Shown here piece by piece: positions 15,308 through 23,531 of a DNA stretch of 25,652 nucleotides; position 1 is the first letter of the stretch; every line of letters begins with the position of its first letter. The translations under genes were made by a program, and so were the position numbers. This stretch comes from a virus (taxonomy: Duplodnaviria > Heunggongvirae > Uroviricota > Caudoviricetes), in the IMG/VR virus record IMGVR_UViG_2531839479_000006; one strand, 5' to 3'. The notes beneath the pieces are model-generated. The model worked only from the letters and a program-made list of their open reading frames with translations. It ran no database searches and was not told where the DNA came from.

Positions 15308-15858
15308 TCGTAAATATGATATACCCGGAAATTACAGGCAAAAGCGGCGAGCATTTACGTCTAAAAACGCTGGAAGCCGTCTGGATCCAGGGGAAATTAC
15401 GGATGTGGGGGCGTTGGTCGTATATAGGTGGTGGCAAACCAGGAAATATGTTCAATCAGTTGCTGGCATCCAAAAAACTGACAAAAACCGCAATCAATGA
15501 AGCCCTGCGTAGAATCAGGGAGTCAGGGATTGATAAACCAGAGCTGGAAGCATTCTTGCGAGAGATGATCGCTGGCAGACAGAAGAGCTGGTTGTCTCAC
15601 TGTACTGATGCAGAGGCGTTACGCATTGATGGGGTGATAAGTAAAGCGCTTGCACGTTATCCTGGATTGATTGATATCCTGCGGCAAAGGTACGAAGGGC
15701 GGGGGATGAGTAAACGCAAAATGGCTGAATTGTTGAATGAGGTTCACCCTGAGTGGTGCTATGCAACATGCCGCAATCGTATAGATATGTGGCTGAGAAT
15801 AGCTGAGTTTATTCTGTATCCACTGATGCGAGATGCATTTTCTTTTACTGACGCTTAG
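15304..15858 (+). CDS. Late gene antiterminator Q
   Basis: Overlaps the rusA stop. Followed by a roughly 190-bp leader and a strong intrinsic terminator, as for lambda PR'/qut/tR'. Contains a WGRW motif and a C-terminal HTH. Confidence 0.65.
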   Translation: MIVNMIYPEITGKSGEHLRLKTLEAVWIQGKLRMWGRWSYIGGGKPGNMFNQLLASKKLTKTAINEALRRIRESGIDKPELEAFLREMIAGRQKSWLSHCTDAEALRIDGVISKALARYPGLIDILRQRYEGRGMSKRKMAELLNEVHPEWCYATCRNRIDMWLRIAEFILYPLMRDAFSFTDA

Positions 15859-16023
15859 AATCTGGAGGGCGTTTGTTGTTGCACGAAGAGGATTTTTGGC
15901 TGGTAGTAAGGTTTGTGCAGTTTTAGAAAAAAAGCTTGTATTTTTAGCCATAAACTGTTTCAATCCAGCTACGCTTCGCAAAGCTGTACCGCGAGGCGAA
16001 TAGCAGACATGGACACCTGAAAG

Positions 16024-16047
16024 AACCCGCTTTATGCGGGTTTTTTT
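16024..16047 (+). terminator. tR'-like intrinsic terminator downstream of Q
   Basis: AACCCGC-TTTAT-GCGGGTT 7-bp stem followed by a T-run. Confidence 0.7.
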
Positions 16048-16170
16048 ATGCCTGAAAAACGGCACAGAACATTAAACGCGCTGGTAGTTGTGAATACTGG
16101 TCTTTCAGCTTGCTGGCTTTTTCGACAAGAGGTATTGGTATGTCACGTTAACCAGAAAAGGGAAAAAGGC

Positions 16171-16368
16171 ATGCTAAAACAGCAGGATATGACCGAAACC
16201 GCCAGAGTGGTGTTTAATGAATTAAGCGTCACCGAACCGGCGACCGTCGGGGAAATTGCGCAGAATACTTACCTTTCACGCGAACGCTGCCAGTTAATAC
16301 TGACTCAGCTTGTTATGGCGGGTCTGGCAGATTATCAGTTCGGTTGTTACAGACGCCTTCCGCAGTGA
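16171..16368 (+). CDS. Hypothetical small protein, 65 aa
   Basis: Internal Met MLKQQDMTET... with an A/G-rich ribosome binding site, the first ORF after the tR'-like terminator. The six-frame ORF extends upstream over the terminator. Confidence 0.4.
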   Translation: MLKQQDMTETARVVFNELSVTEPATVGEIAQNTYLSRERCQLILTQLVMAGLADYQFGCYRRLPQ

Positions 16369-16518
16369 AGGCTTTTTAATTTGTGGTAATGGGCGGCTGG
16401 TGGGTGTTAGCGGCACCTGCCAGCCATCTGCTCATGCGTTGGGGTCACAAGCAAACCTCAGGCCCATCTGCTTTGCGCAAAAGCGGTATGAGCCTATCAG
16501 AGAAGTGCTTATTGATCT

Positions 16519-17568
16519 ATGATTAATACTGTAAAAATATCCAGTTGTGAGTTAATCAACGCTGATTGCCTGGAGTTTATCCAGACCTTACCGGAAAACT
16601 CTGTCGATCTGATAGTCACAGACCCGCCATACTTTAAAGTGAAGCCCGAGGGCTGGGATAACCAGTGGGAGGGCGACGATGATTACCTGAAATGGCTGGA
16701 CCAGTGTCTGGCGCAGTTCTGGCGGGTACTGAAGCCTGCCGGAAGTCTTTACCTGTTCTGTGGTCATCGCCTGGCATCTGACACCGAAATCATGATGCGT
16801 GAGCGCTTTAATGTGCTGAACCACATTATCTGGGCGAAGCCGTCCGGACGCTGGAACGGGTGCAATAAGGAAAGTCTGCGGGCGTATTTTCCGGCAACAG
16901 AGCGCATTCTGTTTGCAGAACATTATCAGGGACCGTATCGCCCGAAAGATGATGGCTATGTGGCACAGGGGCGCGAGCTAAAACAGCACGTCATGGCCCC
17001 GCTGATTTCTTACTTTCGTGATGCGCGTAAATCACTGGGAATAACGTCAAAACAGATAGCGGAAGCCACCGGAAAGAAAAACATGGCTTCGCACTGGTTT
17101 GGTACCAGTCAGTGGCAGTTACCGAACGAGGGTGATTACAACAAATTGCAGGCGTTGTTTGCGCGTGTTGCGGCAGAAAAACATCAGCGCGGGGAACTGG
17201 AAAAGCCACACCACCAGCTGGTCAGCACATACAGTGAGCTGAACCGGCAGTATACGGAACTGCTGAGTGAATATAAAAATTTGCGGCGGTATTTCGGTGT
17301 GACGGCGCAGGTTCCGTACACCGATGTCTGGACGCATAAACCGGTGCAGTACTATCCAGGGAAACATCCGTGCGAAAAACCGGCAGAAATGCTGCAGCAG
17401 ATAATCAACGCGAGCAGTCGTCCGGGAGACCTGGTTGCAGATTTTTTTATGGGTTCAGGTTCAACGGTAAAAGCGGCGATGGCACTGGGGCGTTGTGCGA
17501 TTGGTGTTGAGCTGGAGACCGGACGTTTTGAACAGACAGTCAGGGAAGTTCAGGATTTAATCGTTTGA
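16519..17568 (+). CDS. DNA methyltransferase (amino-MTase with DPPY and FxGxG motifs in beta-class order), orphan
   Basis: N-terminal LIVTDPPYF (motif IV) and C-terminal DFFMGSGST (motif I). No restriction endonuclease partner adjacent. Confidence 0.85.
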   Translation: MINTVKISSCELINADCLEFIQTLPENSVDLIVTDPPYFKVKPEGWDNQWEGDDDYLKWLDQCLAQFWRVLKPAGSLYLFCGHRLASDTEIMMRERFNVLNHIIWAKPSGRWNGCNKESLRAYFPATERILFAEHYQGPYRPKDDGYVAQGRELKQHVMAPLISYFRDARKSLGITSKQIAEATGKKNMASHWFGTSQWQLPNEGDYNKLQALFARVAAEKHQRGELEKPHHQLVSTYSELNRQYTELLSEYKNLRRYFGVTAQVPYTDVWTHKPVQYYPGKHPCEKPAEMLQQIINASSRPGDLVADFFMGSGSTVKAAMALGRCAIGVELETGRFEQTVREVQDLIV

Positions 17569-17617
17569 AACGGATGAGATTGCAGAATTAATTACGCACC
17601 ATTATTATTCTGCTCCC

Positions 17618-17693
17618 GGCCCTTTAGCTCAGTGGTGAGAGCGAGCGACTCATAATCGCCAGGTCGCTGGTTCAAATCCAGCAAGGGCCACCA
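17618..17693 (+). tRNA. tRNA with CAU anticodon, Ile2-like (lysidine type)
   Basis: Cloverleaf folded by hand: acceptor GGCCCTT/AAGGGCC, D-arm GCTC/GAGC, anticodon loop CTCATAA, T-loop TTCAAAT, CCA encoded. Close to E. coli ileX as I recall it. Confidence 0.85.
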
Positions 17694-17700
17694 TCACATA

Positions 17701-17777
17701 CCGCCATTAGCTCATCAGGATAGAGCGCCAGCCTTCGAAGCTGGTTGCGCGGGGTTCGAGTCCTCGATGGCGGTCCA
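17701..17777 (+). tRNA. tRNA-Arg (anticodon UCG)
   Basis: Acceptor CCGCCAT/ATGGCGG (C1-G72), D-arm GCTC/GAGC, anticodon stem CCAGC/GCTGG with loop CTTCGAA, T-loop TTCGAGT, CCA encoded. Confidence 0.75.
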
Positions 17778-17790
17778 TTATCTGTACCCT

Positions 17791-17867
17791 GCGTTGTTAG
17801 CTCAGCCGGACAGAGCAATTGCCTTCTAAGCAATCGGTCACTGGTTCGAATCCAGTACAACGCGCCA
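17791..17867 (+). tRNA. tRNA-Arg (anticodon UCU)
   Basis: Acceptor GCGTTGT/ACAACGC, anticodon stem ATTGC/GCAAT with loop CTTCTAA, T-loop TTCGAAT, CCA encoded. Confidence 0.85.
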
Positions 17868-18059
17868 CGCTTATTTTTCCAGGCTCGCTACGGCGGGTCT
17901 TTTTCATATCCGCGTCACGTCAGGCGCACATCAAACAAACACAGAATCTTTCAGGGGGCGGGATAGTCAGTGTGACGTTCTCTGGGGGCCTGTCACTTCC
18001 GGGGATAGGTGTTTTTACGGGCTGCTGGTGGCCCTTTTTTATTTACAGGAGAAAGAAGT

Positions 18060-18452
18060 ATGTCTGAACCCTTATCCGGTTCCGGTACGGCTGCGGCGCT
18101 CGGCGGGGCGACGGTATTCGGGCTGTTTACCGGAATGGATTTCGGGATTGTGTTTGGCGCGTTCGCCGGGGCGTTATTTGTGGCAACGATGCCACAGTCA
18201 CTTTCAGTCTGGCGCGTGGTGGCACATTTTCTGGTGTCGTTTATTGTCGGCGTGCTGGGAGCGCGTGTGCTGTCAGCCTGGATTGCATCAAAAACAGGGT
18301 ATGACGGTACATCAGCAGATGCGCTTTGCGCGGTGCTGGTCTCGGTGGTGTCGGTGAAGATTCTCTCGTTCATCCACCAGCAGGATATTGCATCGCTGGT
18401 GTCCGGTGTGTTCTCCCGCCTGCGGGGTGGAGGAGGCGGCAATGTTAAGTAA
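18060..18452 (+). CDS. Holin-like membrane protein, 130 aa
   Basis: ATG with GGAGAAAG upstream. Several hydrophobic helices (TVFGLFTGMDFGIVFGAFAGALFVA and others). First gene of the lysis cassette. Confidence 0.6.
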   Translation: MSEPLSGSGTAAALGGATVFGLFTGMDFGIVFGAFAGALFVATMPQSLSVWRVVAHFLVSFIVGVLGARVLSAWIASKTGYDGTSADALCAVLVSVVSVKILSFIHQQDIASLVSGVFSRLRGGGGGNVK

Positions 18453-18717
18453 CCTTCCCGGATTGCTGAATGTGGCGTTATGCACGGTTATCGTGCTGAC
18501 GCTCTTTTTTTATCGTCGCCGTGATTCCAGACATAAACCGCTGGTGTCATGGCTGGCCTGGCTGCTGATGCTGCTGTATGCCTTTGCGCCCCTCAGCTAT
18601 CTGTGTGGTCGCCCGTTAGCAACGGGCTGGCTGGAAGTGTTTTTTAATCTGCTGTTCTGCGTGCTGGTGATACGCGCACGCGGGAACGTCACAAAAATCT
18701 TTCCATTGTTGAGGTGA
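18442..18717 (+). CDS. Second small membrane protein of the lysis cassette, 91 aa (holin/antiholin-like)
   Basis: ATG overlaps the holin stop, with AGGAGG upstream. Three hydrophobic segments. Confidence 0.5.
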   Translation: MLSNLPGLLNVALCTVIVLTLFFYRRRDSRHKPLVSWLAWLLMLLYAFAPLSYLCGRPLATGWLEVFFNLLFCVLVIRARGNVTKIFPLLR

Positions 18718-19097
18718 ATATGCCGGGTAAATTCAGATTCAGCCGTCGCAGTGAAAAAAATCTGGAGGGTGTCAAACCTCAGCTGGTTGCTGTAGTTCGC
18801 CGTGCGCTGGAGCTGACGGAGGTTGATTTCGGTATTACGGAAGGCCTGCGCAGTAAGTATCGCCAGAAACAGCTGGTTGCGGAAGGGAAAAGCCAGACCA
18901 TGAACAGCCGCCACCTGACCGGTGATGCGGTGGATGTTGTGGCCTACATCGGCAGCCAGGTGTCATGGGAGTGGCCTCTGTACGAGAAAATCGCACAGGC
19001 ATTTAAGCAGGCTGCCGCAGAGCTGGGGATCGCTATCGAATGGGGCGGGGACTGGAAAACGCTGAAAGACGGACCTCACTTTCAGCTGAAGCGATAA
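18714..19097 (+). CDS. Endolysin, M15-family zinc peptidase type (L-alanyl-D-glutamate peptidase-like)
   Basis: NSRHLTGDAVDV and DGPHFQL motifs typical of M15 peptidase endolysins. Overlaps the upstream stop. Confidence 0.75.
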   Translation: MNMPGKFRFSRRSEKNLEGVKPQLVAVVRRALELTEVDFGITEGLRSKYRQKQLVAEGKSQTMNSRHLTGDAVDVVAYIGSQVSWEWPLYEKIAQAFKQAAAELGIAIEWGGDWKTLKDGPHFQLKR

Positions 19098-19106
19098 GTA
19101 AAACAA

Positions 19107-19138
19107 AACCCCGGCTGGGGGAACAGTCCGGGGTTTTT
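19107..19138 (+). terminator. Intrinsic terminator after the endolysin
   Basis: AACCCCGG ... CCGGGGTT 8-bp stem followed by TTTTT. Confidence 0.6.
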
Positions 19139-19229
19139 AGTTTTCACGTCAAAGGGGAAATTGTGATTAGTGAGTACGGAGAAAATCCTCGTGGGAAAGT
19201 ATAAAAGATTCTTTTTGAGGTTGTCCATT

Positions 19230-19343
19230 ATGAAAGGTATTGAAATGGAAACTCCCGCGAGCCTTGATTTGACAAGGGCTGCGGCCTTTGCAATTCGCCT
19301 TGTGGCGGTCGCTGTTCTGATTTGGGCTGTGCGTTGGTGGTGA
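19230..19343 (+). CDS. Small hydrophobic peptide, 37 aa (not in the six-frame track)
   Basis: Hand-translated MKGIEMETPASLDLTRAAAFAIRLVAVAVLIWAVRWW with GAGG upstream. Its stop is followed within 2 nt by the next ORF. Confidence 0.35.
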   Translation: MKGIEMETPASLDLTRAAAFAIRLVAVAVLIWAVRWW

Positions 19344-19344
19344 T

Positions 19345-19527
19345 ATGGCGCGAAAACACTGGACACACAGAATGCCGCGAACGGCGGTGAAACGGGCACT
19401 GGTAGCGATACTGGTGCCTTTTTTATTGGTGGGGTGCGTCAGCCTGGATAAGGCGCGCCAGCTTTTCGATACCGCGTCTCAGGTCTGTGAAATTGTCGAC
19501 GGTGTTCGGCAGTGTCTGCAGAACTGA
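19345..19527 (+). CDS. Putative small lipoprotein (lipobox LLVGC), mature part ~30 aa with three Cys
   Basis: Signal-like MPRTAVKRALVAILVPFLLVGC. Tightly linked to the preceding 37-aa ORF. Confidence 0.4.
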   Translation: MARKHWTHRMPRTAVKRALVAILVPFLLVGCVSLDKARQLFDTASQVCEIVDGVRQCLQN

Positions 19528-19701
19528 TCGCCTGTAAGAGCAGAATATTTTGCTGAAAAATGAAGGATGCGCCAGCGTCCGGTAAGCATGAAATTCTGTG
19601 TTTGTGGCTACTCAATAAAATAAATTCTTTCTGTCGCCGCGAATACTCAAATGTTGATCAGTGCCCGGTGCGGCGACGGGCTTCGATATCAGGAGACGAT
19701 G

Positions 19702-20094
19702 ATGGAAAAAACAGAAAACAAACCGATTGTAATTGGTGCTGATGCTGCTCCGTTTAAGTTTGAGTTGTCTCAACTGGTGGAGATGCGTATCAGTGATGAA
19801 TGGGGTGAGGTTAAAGCCCGCGCGCAGTATGCGGATGGCGAAAACCAGTACTTGATCCACTACAAAGCAGCTGATGGTCGCGCCACGACGGAGTGGTTTG
19901 GTGAGTCAATGCTGGAAGCAACAGAAGATGATCGTCATCCGGGTTGTCCGGTATTTGCCGGTATGAAATTACCGGAAGGTGCAGTTGAACTGCAGCCGGG
20001 TGAGGTGTTCGTAATGACAGACATCATTGATGGTAAACCGCAGTATTCGCGTATTGAAATGAATAGTAAGAGTGCTCGCCTGATTCGTGAGTAA
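19702..20094 (+). CDS. Hypothetical protein, 130 aa
   Basis: ATG with AGGAG 6 nt upstream. No family recognised. Confidence 0.55.
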   Translation: MEKTENKPIVIGADAAPFKFELSQLVEMRISDEWGEVKARAQYADGENQYLIHYKAADGRATTEWFGESMLEATEDDRHPGCPVFAGMKLPEGAVELQPGEVFVMTDIIDGKPQYSRIEMNSKSARLIRE

Positions 20095-20490
20095 CAGGCA
20101 TTACAGCAGCCCTTCACTCTAAGGGGTTGCTGTAATGTGAGAAATAAAAAACCGGTCACAGGGAGCAGCTACACAGAAGCGGCCGGCGAAGACCGCCAAT
20201 ACCACCCATGCATTGATGCAACATACTAATGACAATAGCCGCTATTGATGTAAATGCAATGTTATGCATCGACGAAAATAAAAAACCGGCAGGGGAAATC
20301 CATTGAAGATTTGCCGGTGGCAAAAGAGGGCCATGTTTTTAACCTTAGTCGCAGAGTTACGGAGTGCAACTACGAATGCTGCCGGTATATGGCTGAATGG
20401 CGTTTCAATGATGTACGTCATCTTATCTGTAAATGTTAATGACAAACGCTCTCATTTGTGCGGGTCCTTCCGGTGGGGTGGCCTGCCACG

Positions 20491-20502
20491 GGGCGGGAGC
20501 GT
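20491..20502. other. Candidate cosN (12-nt cohesive-end site)
   Basis: GGGCGGGAGCGT compared with lambda cosN GGGCGGCGACCT (from memory), about 185 bp upstream of the terminase small-subunit start, as in lambda. Confidence 0.35.
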
Positions 20503-20686
20503 CGCGGAAAAAGGCTAGTTTTTGCATTTCCATGGCGGCGGCAGCATGTTTGGTAATTTATTGATAATTAAAAGTTATTTCTCTTTTCACCTGTACAATA
20601 TTTTTTTCTCCCTGTCATTAGACCAGTTTGCAATTAATTGAAATATATAAATAAACCTGATTTTCACCTGCCAGATGGAGTTGCTT

Positions 20687-21214
20687 ATGTCAAATGTGAG
20701 CGGGATCGGTGATGCTTATTACTGGAGTGTTTTTAAAATCGCCGAGGCCTTTGGGCTTCACCGGGACACAGTAAAAAAACGGCTCCTCGCGGCCAACACT
20801 CCTGTGGCTGCGACTGTCAGGGGGAACCCCGTTTACGCCCTGCAGCATGTCGGGCCTGCCCTGTTTAGTGTGAAGCATGAGGCAGCAGACTCTGTTCATG
20901 ATCCATCCCGTATGGAGCCGAAAGAGAGAAAGGACTGGTACCAGTCTGAAAATGAAAGGATCAAGCTGGAAAAGGAGCAGCGAAAACTCATCCCCGTTGA
21001 TGAAGTAGTCATCGTCTATTCGTCCATGAGAAAGGCTGTCGTCCAGGTTCTGGAGACAATTCCGGATGTTCTTGAACGCGATTGCGCCCTGACTCCTCAG
21101 GCCGTCGGCGTTGTACAGCAGGCCATTGATGACCTGCGATACACTCTTCAGGAAAAATCCTACGAGGCTTGTGCTGCTGAAATAATTCCTGATGAGGAAG
21201 GAGAGAGTCTCTAG
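20687..21214 (+). CDS. Terminase small subunit (Nu1-like)
   Basis: Start at MSNVSG with GGAG upstream. Immediately upstream of the large terminase and downstream of the cos-like site. N-terminal HTH-like segment. Confidence 0.65.
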   Translation: MSNVSGIGDAYYWSVFKIAEAFGLHRDTVKKRLLAANTPVAATVRGNPVYALQHVGPALFSVKHEAADSVHDPSRMEPKERKDWYQSENERIKLEKEQRKLIPVDEVVIVYSSMRKAVVQVLETIPDVLERDCALTPQAVGVVQQAIDDLRYTLQEKSYEACAAEIIPDEEGESL

Positions 21215-21222
21215 GAGGAATA

Positions 21223-23322
21223 ATGGGTTTTTCATCAGCCCGAAATTTGGGAAGGGACATATCGGCAGGATTTTCCCCACCACGTCGCATGCCGATTTCG
21301 GAGGCTGTTAAAAAATTCATGCGTGTTCCCAAGGGGGCTGGTAACTCGGTGCCATGGGATCCTGAACTGACACCCTACATCATTGAGCCCATGAACTGCC
21401 TGGCATCGCGTGAATACGATGCGGTGATTTTTGTTGGTCCTGCGCGAACAGGGAAGACCATTGGTCTGATCGATGGATGGATTGTCTATACCATCGTTTG
21501 CGATCCTTCGGACATGCTCGTTGTGCAGATGACCGAAGATAAGGCCCGCGAGCATTCTAAAAAGCGCCTCGACAGAACGTTCAGAAGCAGTGCGGCGGTA
21601 AAGAAAAGAATGAGTCCACGTCGTAACGACAATAATGTCCATGATAAGACGTTCAGGGATGGCTCGTTCCTTAAAATTGGTTGGCCCTCGGTCAACATTA
21701 TGTCGTCGTCGGATTACCGGTTTGTCGCCTTAACCGATTACGACCGTTTTCCGGAGAATATCGACAGCGAGGGTGATGGTTTCTCCCTGGCCTCAAAACG
21801 TACCACCACATTTATGTCCGCCGGGATGACTCTGGTGGAGAGCTCGCCGGGACGTGACATCTGCGACAGCAAATGGCGACGTAAGTCGCCTCATGAAGCG
21901 CCACCGACGACTGGTATTCTTTCCCTTTACAATCGTGGTGACCGCCGCCGCTGGTACTGGCCATGTCCGCACTGCGGTGAATATTTTCAGCCAGCCATGG
22001 ATGCCATGACCGGCTACCGTAATGAACCGGATCCCTTTAAAGCCAGTGAGGCGGCGTATCTACTTTGCCCGCACTGCAGCGGCATTATCACTGCGGAGAA
22101 AAAGCGTGAGCTCAATAGTGCAGGAGTCTGGTTGCGTGAAGGGCAGGTCATTGATCGTAACGGCAACGTTTCCGGTGAACCGCGCCGCTCCCGTATCGCC
22201 AGTTTCTGGATGGAAGGGCCAGCTGCTGCGTATCAGACCTGGGCGCAACTGGTTTACAAATTACTGACTGCAGAACAGGAGTATGAAGCGACAGGAAGCG
22301 AAGAAACACTCAGGGCGGTTATCAACACCGACTGGGGATTGCCTTATCTTCCTCGTGCCAGCATGGAGCAACGAAAAAGTGAATTGCTTGAGCAGCGGGC
22401 AGAGCCAGTTCCTTCCCGCAGTGTGCCGGATGGCGTTAATTTCCTTGTGGCGACAGTGGATGTGCAGGCGGGACGTCATCGCCGTTTTGTGGTTCAGGTA
22501 ACGGGCTATGGCAGCCGTGGCGAACGCTGGATTATTGATCGTTACAACATCACGCAGTCATTGCGCGGTGACAGCGACGGGGAGAGCCAGCGAATTGATC
22601 CGGCCAGCTATCCGGAAGACTGGGATGTCCTGCTGACGGATGTTTTTCATAAAAGCTGGCCGCTGGCCTCCGACCCTTCTCAACAAATGCGACTGATGGC
22701 AATGGCGGTGGACTCCGGCGGTGAAGACGGGGTCACTGATAATGCCTATAAATTCTGGCGTCGTTGCCGTCGTGATGGCCTTGGTAAACGTATTTACCTG
22801 TTTAAGGGCGACAGCATCCGGCGCGCAAAACTGATCACCCGTACATTCCCTGATAACACCGGACGAACGGGCCGACGGGCGCAGGCCGCAGGTGATGTGC
22901 CGCTCTGGCTTCTTCAGACGGATGCCCTGAAAGACCGGGTGAATAACGCGTTATGGCGTGACTCGCCAGGTCCCGGCTATGTGCATTTCCCTGACTGGCT
23001 GGGGAGCTGGTTTTACGACGAACTGACGTATGAAGAGCGGAGCAGTGACGGGAAATGGAGTAAGCCGGGTCGCGGTGCCAACGAAGCTTTTGACCTGATG
23101 GTGTATGCCGAGGCTCTGGTCATTCTGCATGGATACGAAAAGATCCGCTGGCCGGATGCACCGGAGTGGGCGAGCCGGGAAACCTGGCTGGAGTGTGTCC
23201 CGGACAGTACCGAACCGTCACCCTCACCGGAACCGGTATCCACGCCTGTTAAAAAACAAAAACGGAAGAAAACAGTAACTGACGATGTTAACCCCTGGCT
23301 GACTTCCGGAGGATGGTTATGA
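21223..23322 (+). CDS. Terminase large subunit (GpA family)
   Basis: 699-aa ORF with Walker A VGPARTGKT, in the lambda gene A position. Confidence 0.9.
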   Translation: MGFSSARNLGRDISAGFSPPRRMPISEAVKKFMRVPKGAGNSVPWDPELTPYIIEPMNCLASREYDAVIFVGPARTGKTIGLIDGWIVYTIVCDPSDMLVVQMTEDKAREHSKKRLDRTFRSSAAVKKRMSPRRNDNNVHDKTFRDGSFLKIGWPSVNIMSSSDYRFVALTDYDRFPENIDSEGDGFSLASKRTTTFMSAGMTLVESSPGRDICDSKWRRKSPHEAPPTTGILSLYNRGDRRRWYWPCPHCGEYFQPAMDAMTGYRNEPDPFKASEAAYLLCPHCSGIITAEKKRELNSAGVWLREGQVIDRNGNVSGEPRRSRIASFWMEGPAAAYQTWAQLVYKLLTAEQEYEATGSEETLRAVINTDWGLPYLPRASMEQRKSELLEQRAEPVPSRSVPDGVNFLVATVDVQAGRHRRFVVQVTGYGSRGERWIIDRYNITQSLRGDSDGESQRIDPASYPEDWDVLLTDVFHKSWPLASDPSQQMRLMAMAVDSGGEDGVTDNAYKFWRRCRRDGLGKRIYLFKGDSIRRAKLITRTFPDNTGRTGRRAQAAGDVPLWLLQTDALKDRVNNALWRDSPGPGYVHFPDWLGSWFYDELTYEERSSDGKWSKPGRGANEAFDLMVYAEALVILHGYEKIRWPDAPEWASRETWLECVPDSTEPSPSPEPVSTPVKKQKRKKTVTDDVNPWLTSGGWL

Positions 23323-23531
23323 ATCAGAATGATATTGAAGCCATGATTCAGCGTTATACGGAAGCTGAAATGGCGGTGCTGGACGGAAAATCCGTCACTT
23401 TTAATGGTCAGCAGATGACCATGGAAAACTTATCTGAGATCCGGCAGGGGCGGCAGGAGTGGGAGCGCCGCCTTGCGGCTCTGATTACACGACGACGTGG
23501 GCATCCCGGGTACCGGCTGGCGAGGTTCTGA
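23319..23531 (+). CDS. gpW-like head-tail joining protein
   Basis: About 70 aa, overlapping the terminase stop (ATGA). The C-terminal RRRGHPG resembles the lambda W C-terminus RRRGPAG (from memory). Confidence 0.6.
   Translation: MNQNDIEAMIQRYTEAEMAVLDGKSVTFNGQQMTMENLSEIRQGRQEWERRLAALITRRRGHPGYRLARF

Noticed and set aside
15619-16065. 148-aa minus-strand ORF overlapping the Q gene and its downstream leader
   Set aside because: Antisense to Q and spanning the tR'-like terminator. No start-site support.
17868-18059. Shiga-toxin or other cargo genes between the tRNA cluster and the holin
   Set aside because: Only about 190 bp with no ORF of meaningful size. The slot is empty in this prophage.
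17993-18452. 149-aa minus-strand ORF and 109-aa plus-strand ORF overlapping the holin gene
   Set aside because: Alternative frames of a GC-rich membrane-protein gene. The holin frame has the ribosome binding site and TM helices.
20254-20518. Cys-rich 61-aa and 71-aa plus-strand ORFs in the lysis-terminase intergenic region
   Set aside because: No ribosome binding site. They overlap a minus-strand terminator and the candidate cos region, so are more likely non-coding packaging-site DNA.
21009-21698. Minus-strand ORFs (107-197 aa) overlapping the terminase genes
   Set aside because: Antisense to terminase frames that carry a Walker A motif and are translationally coupled. Compositionally implausible.
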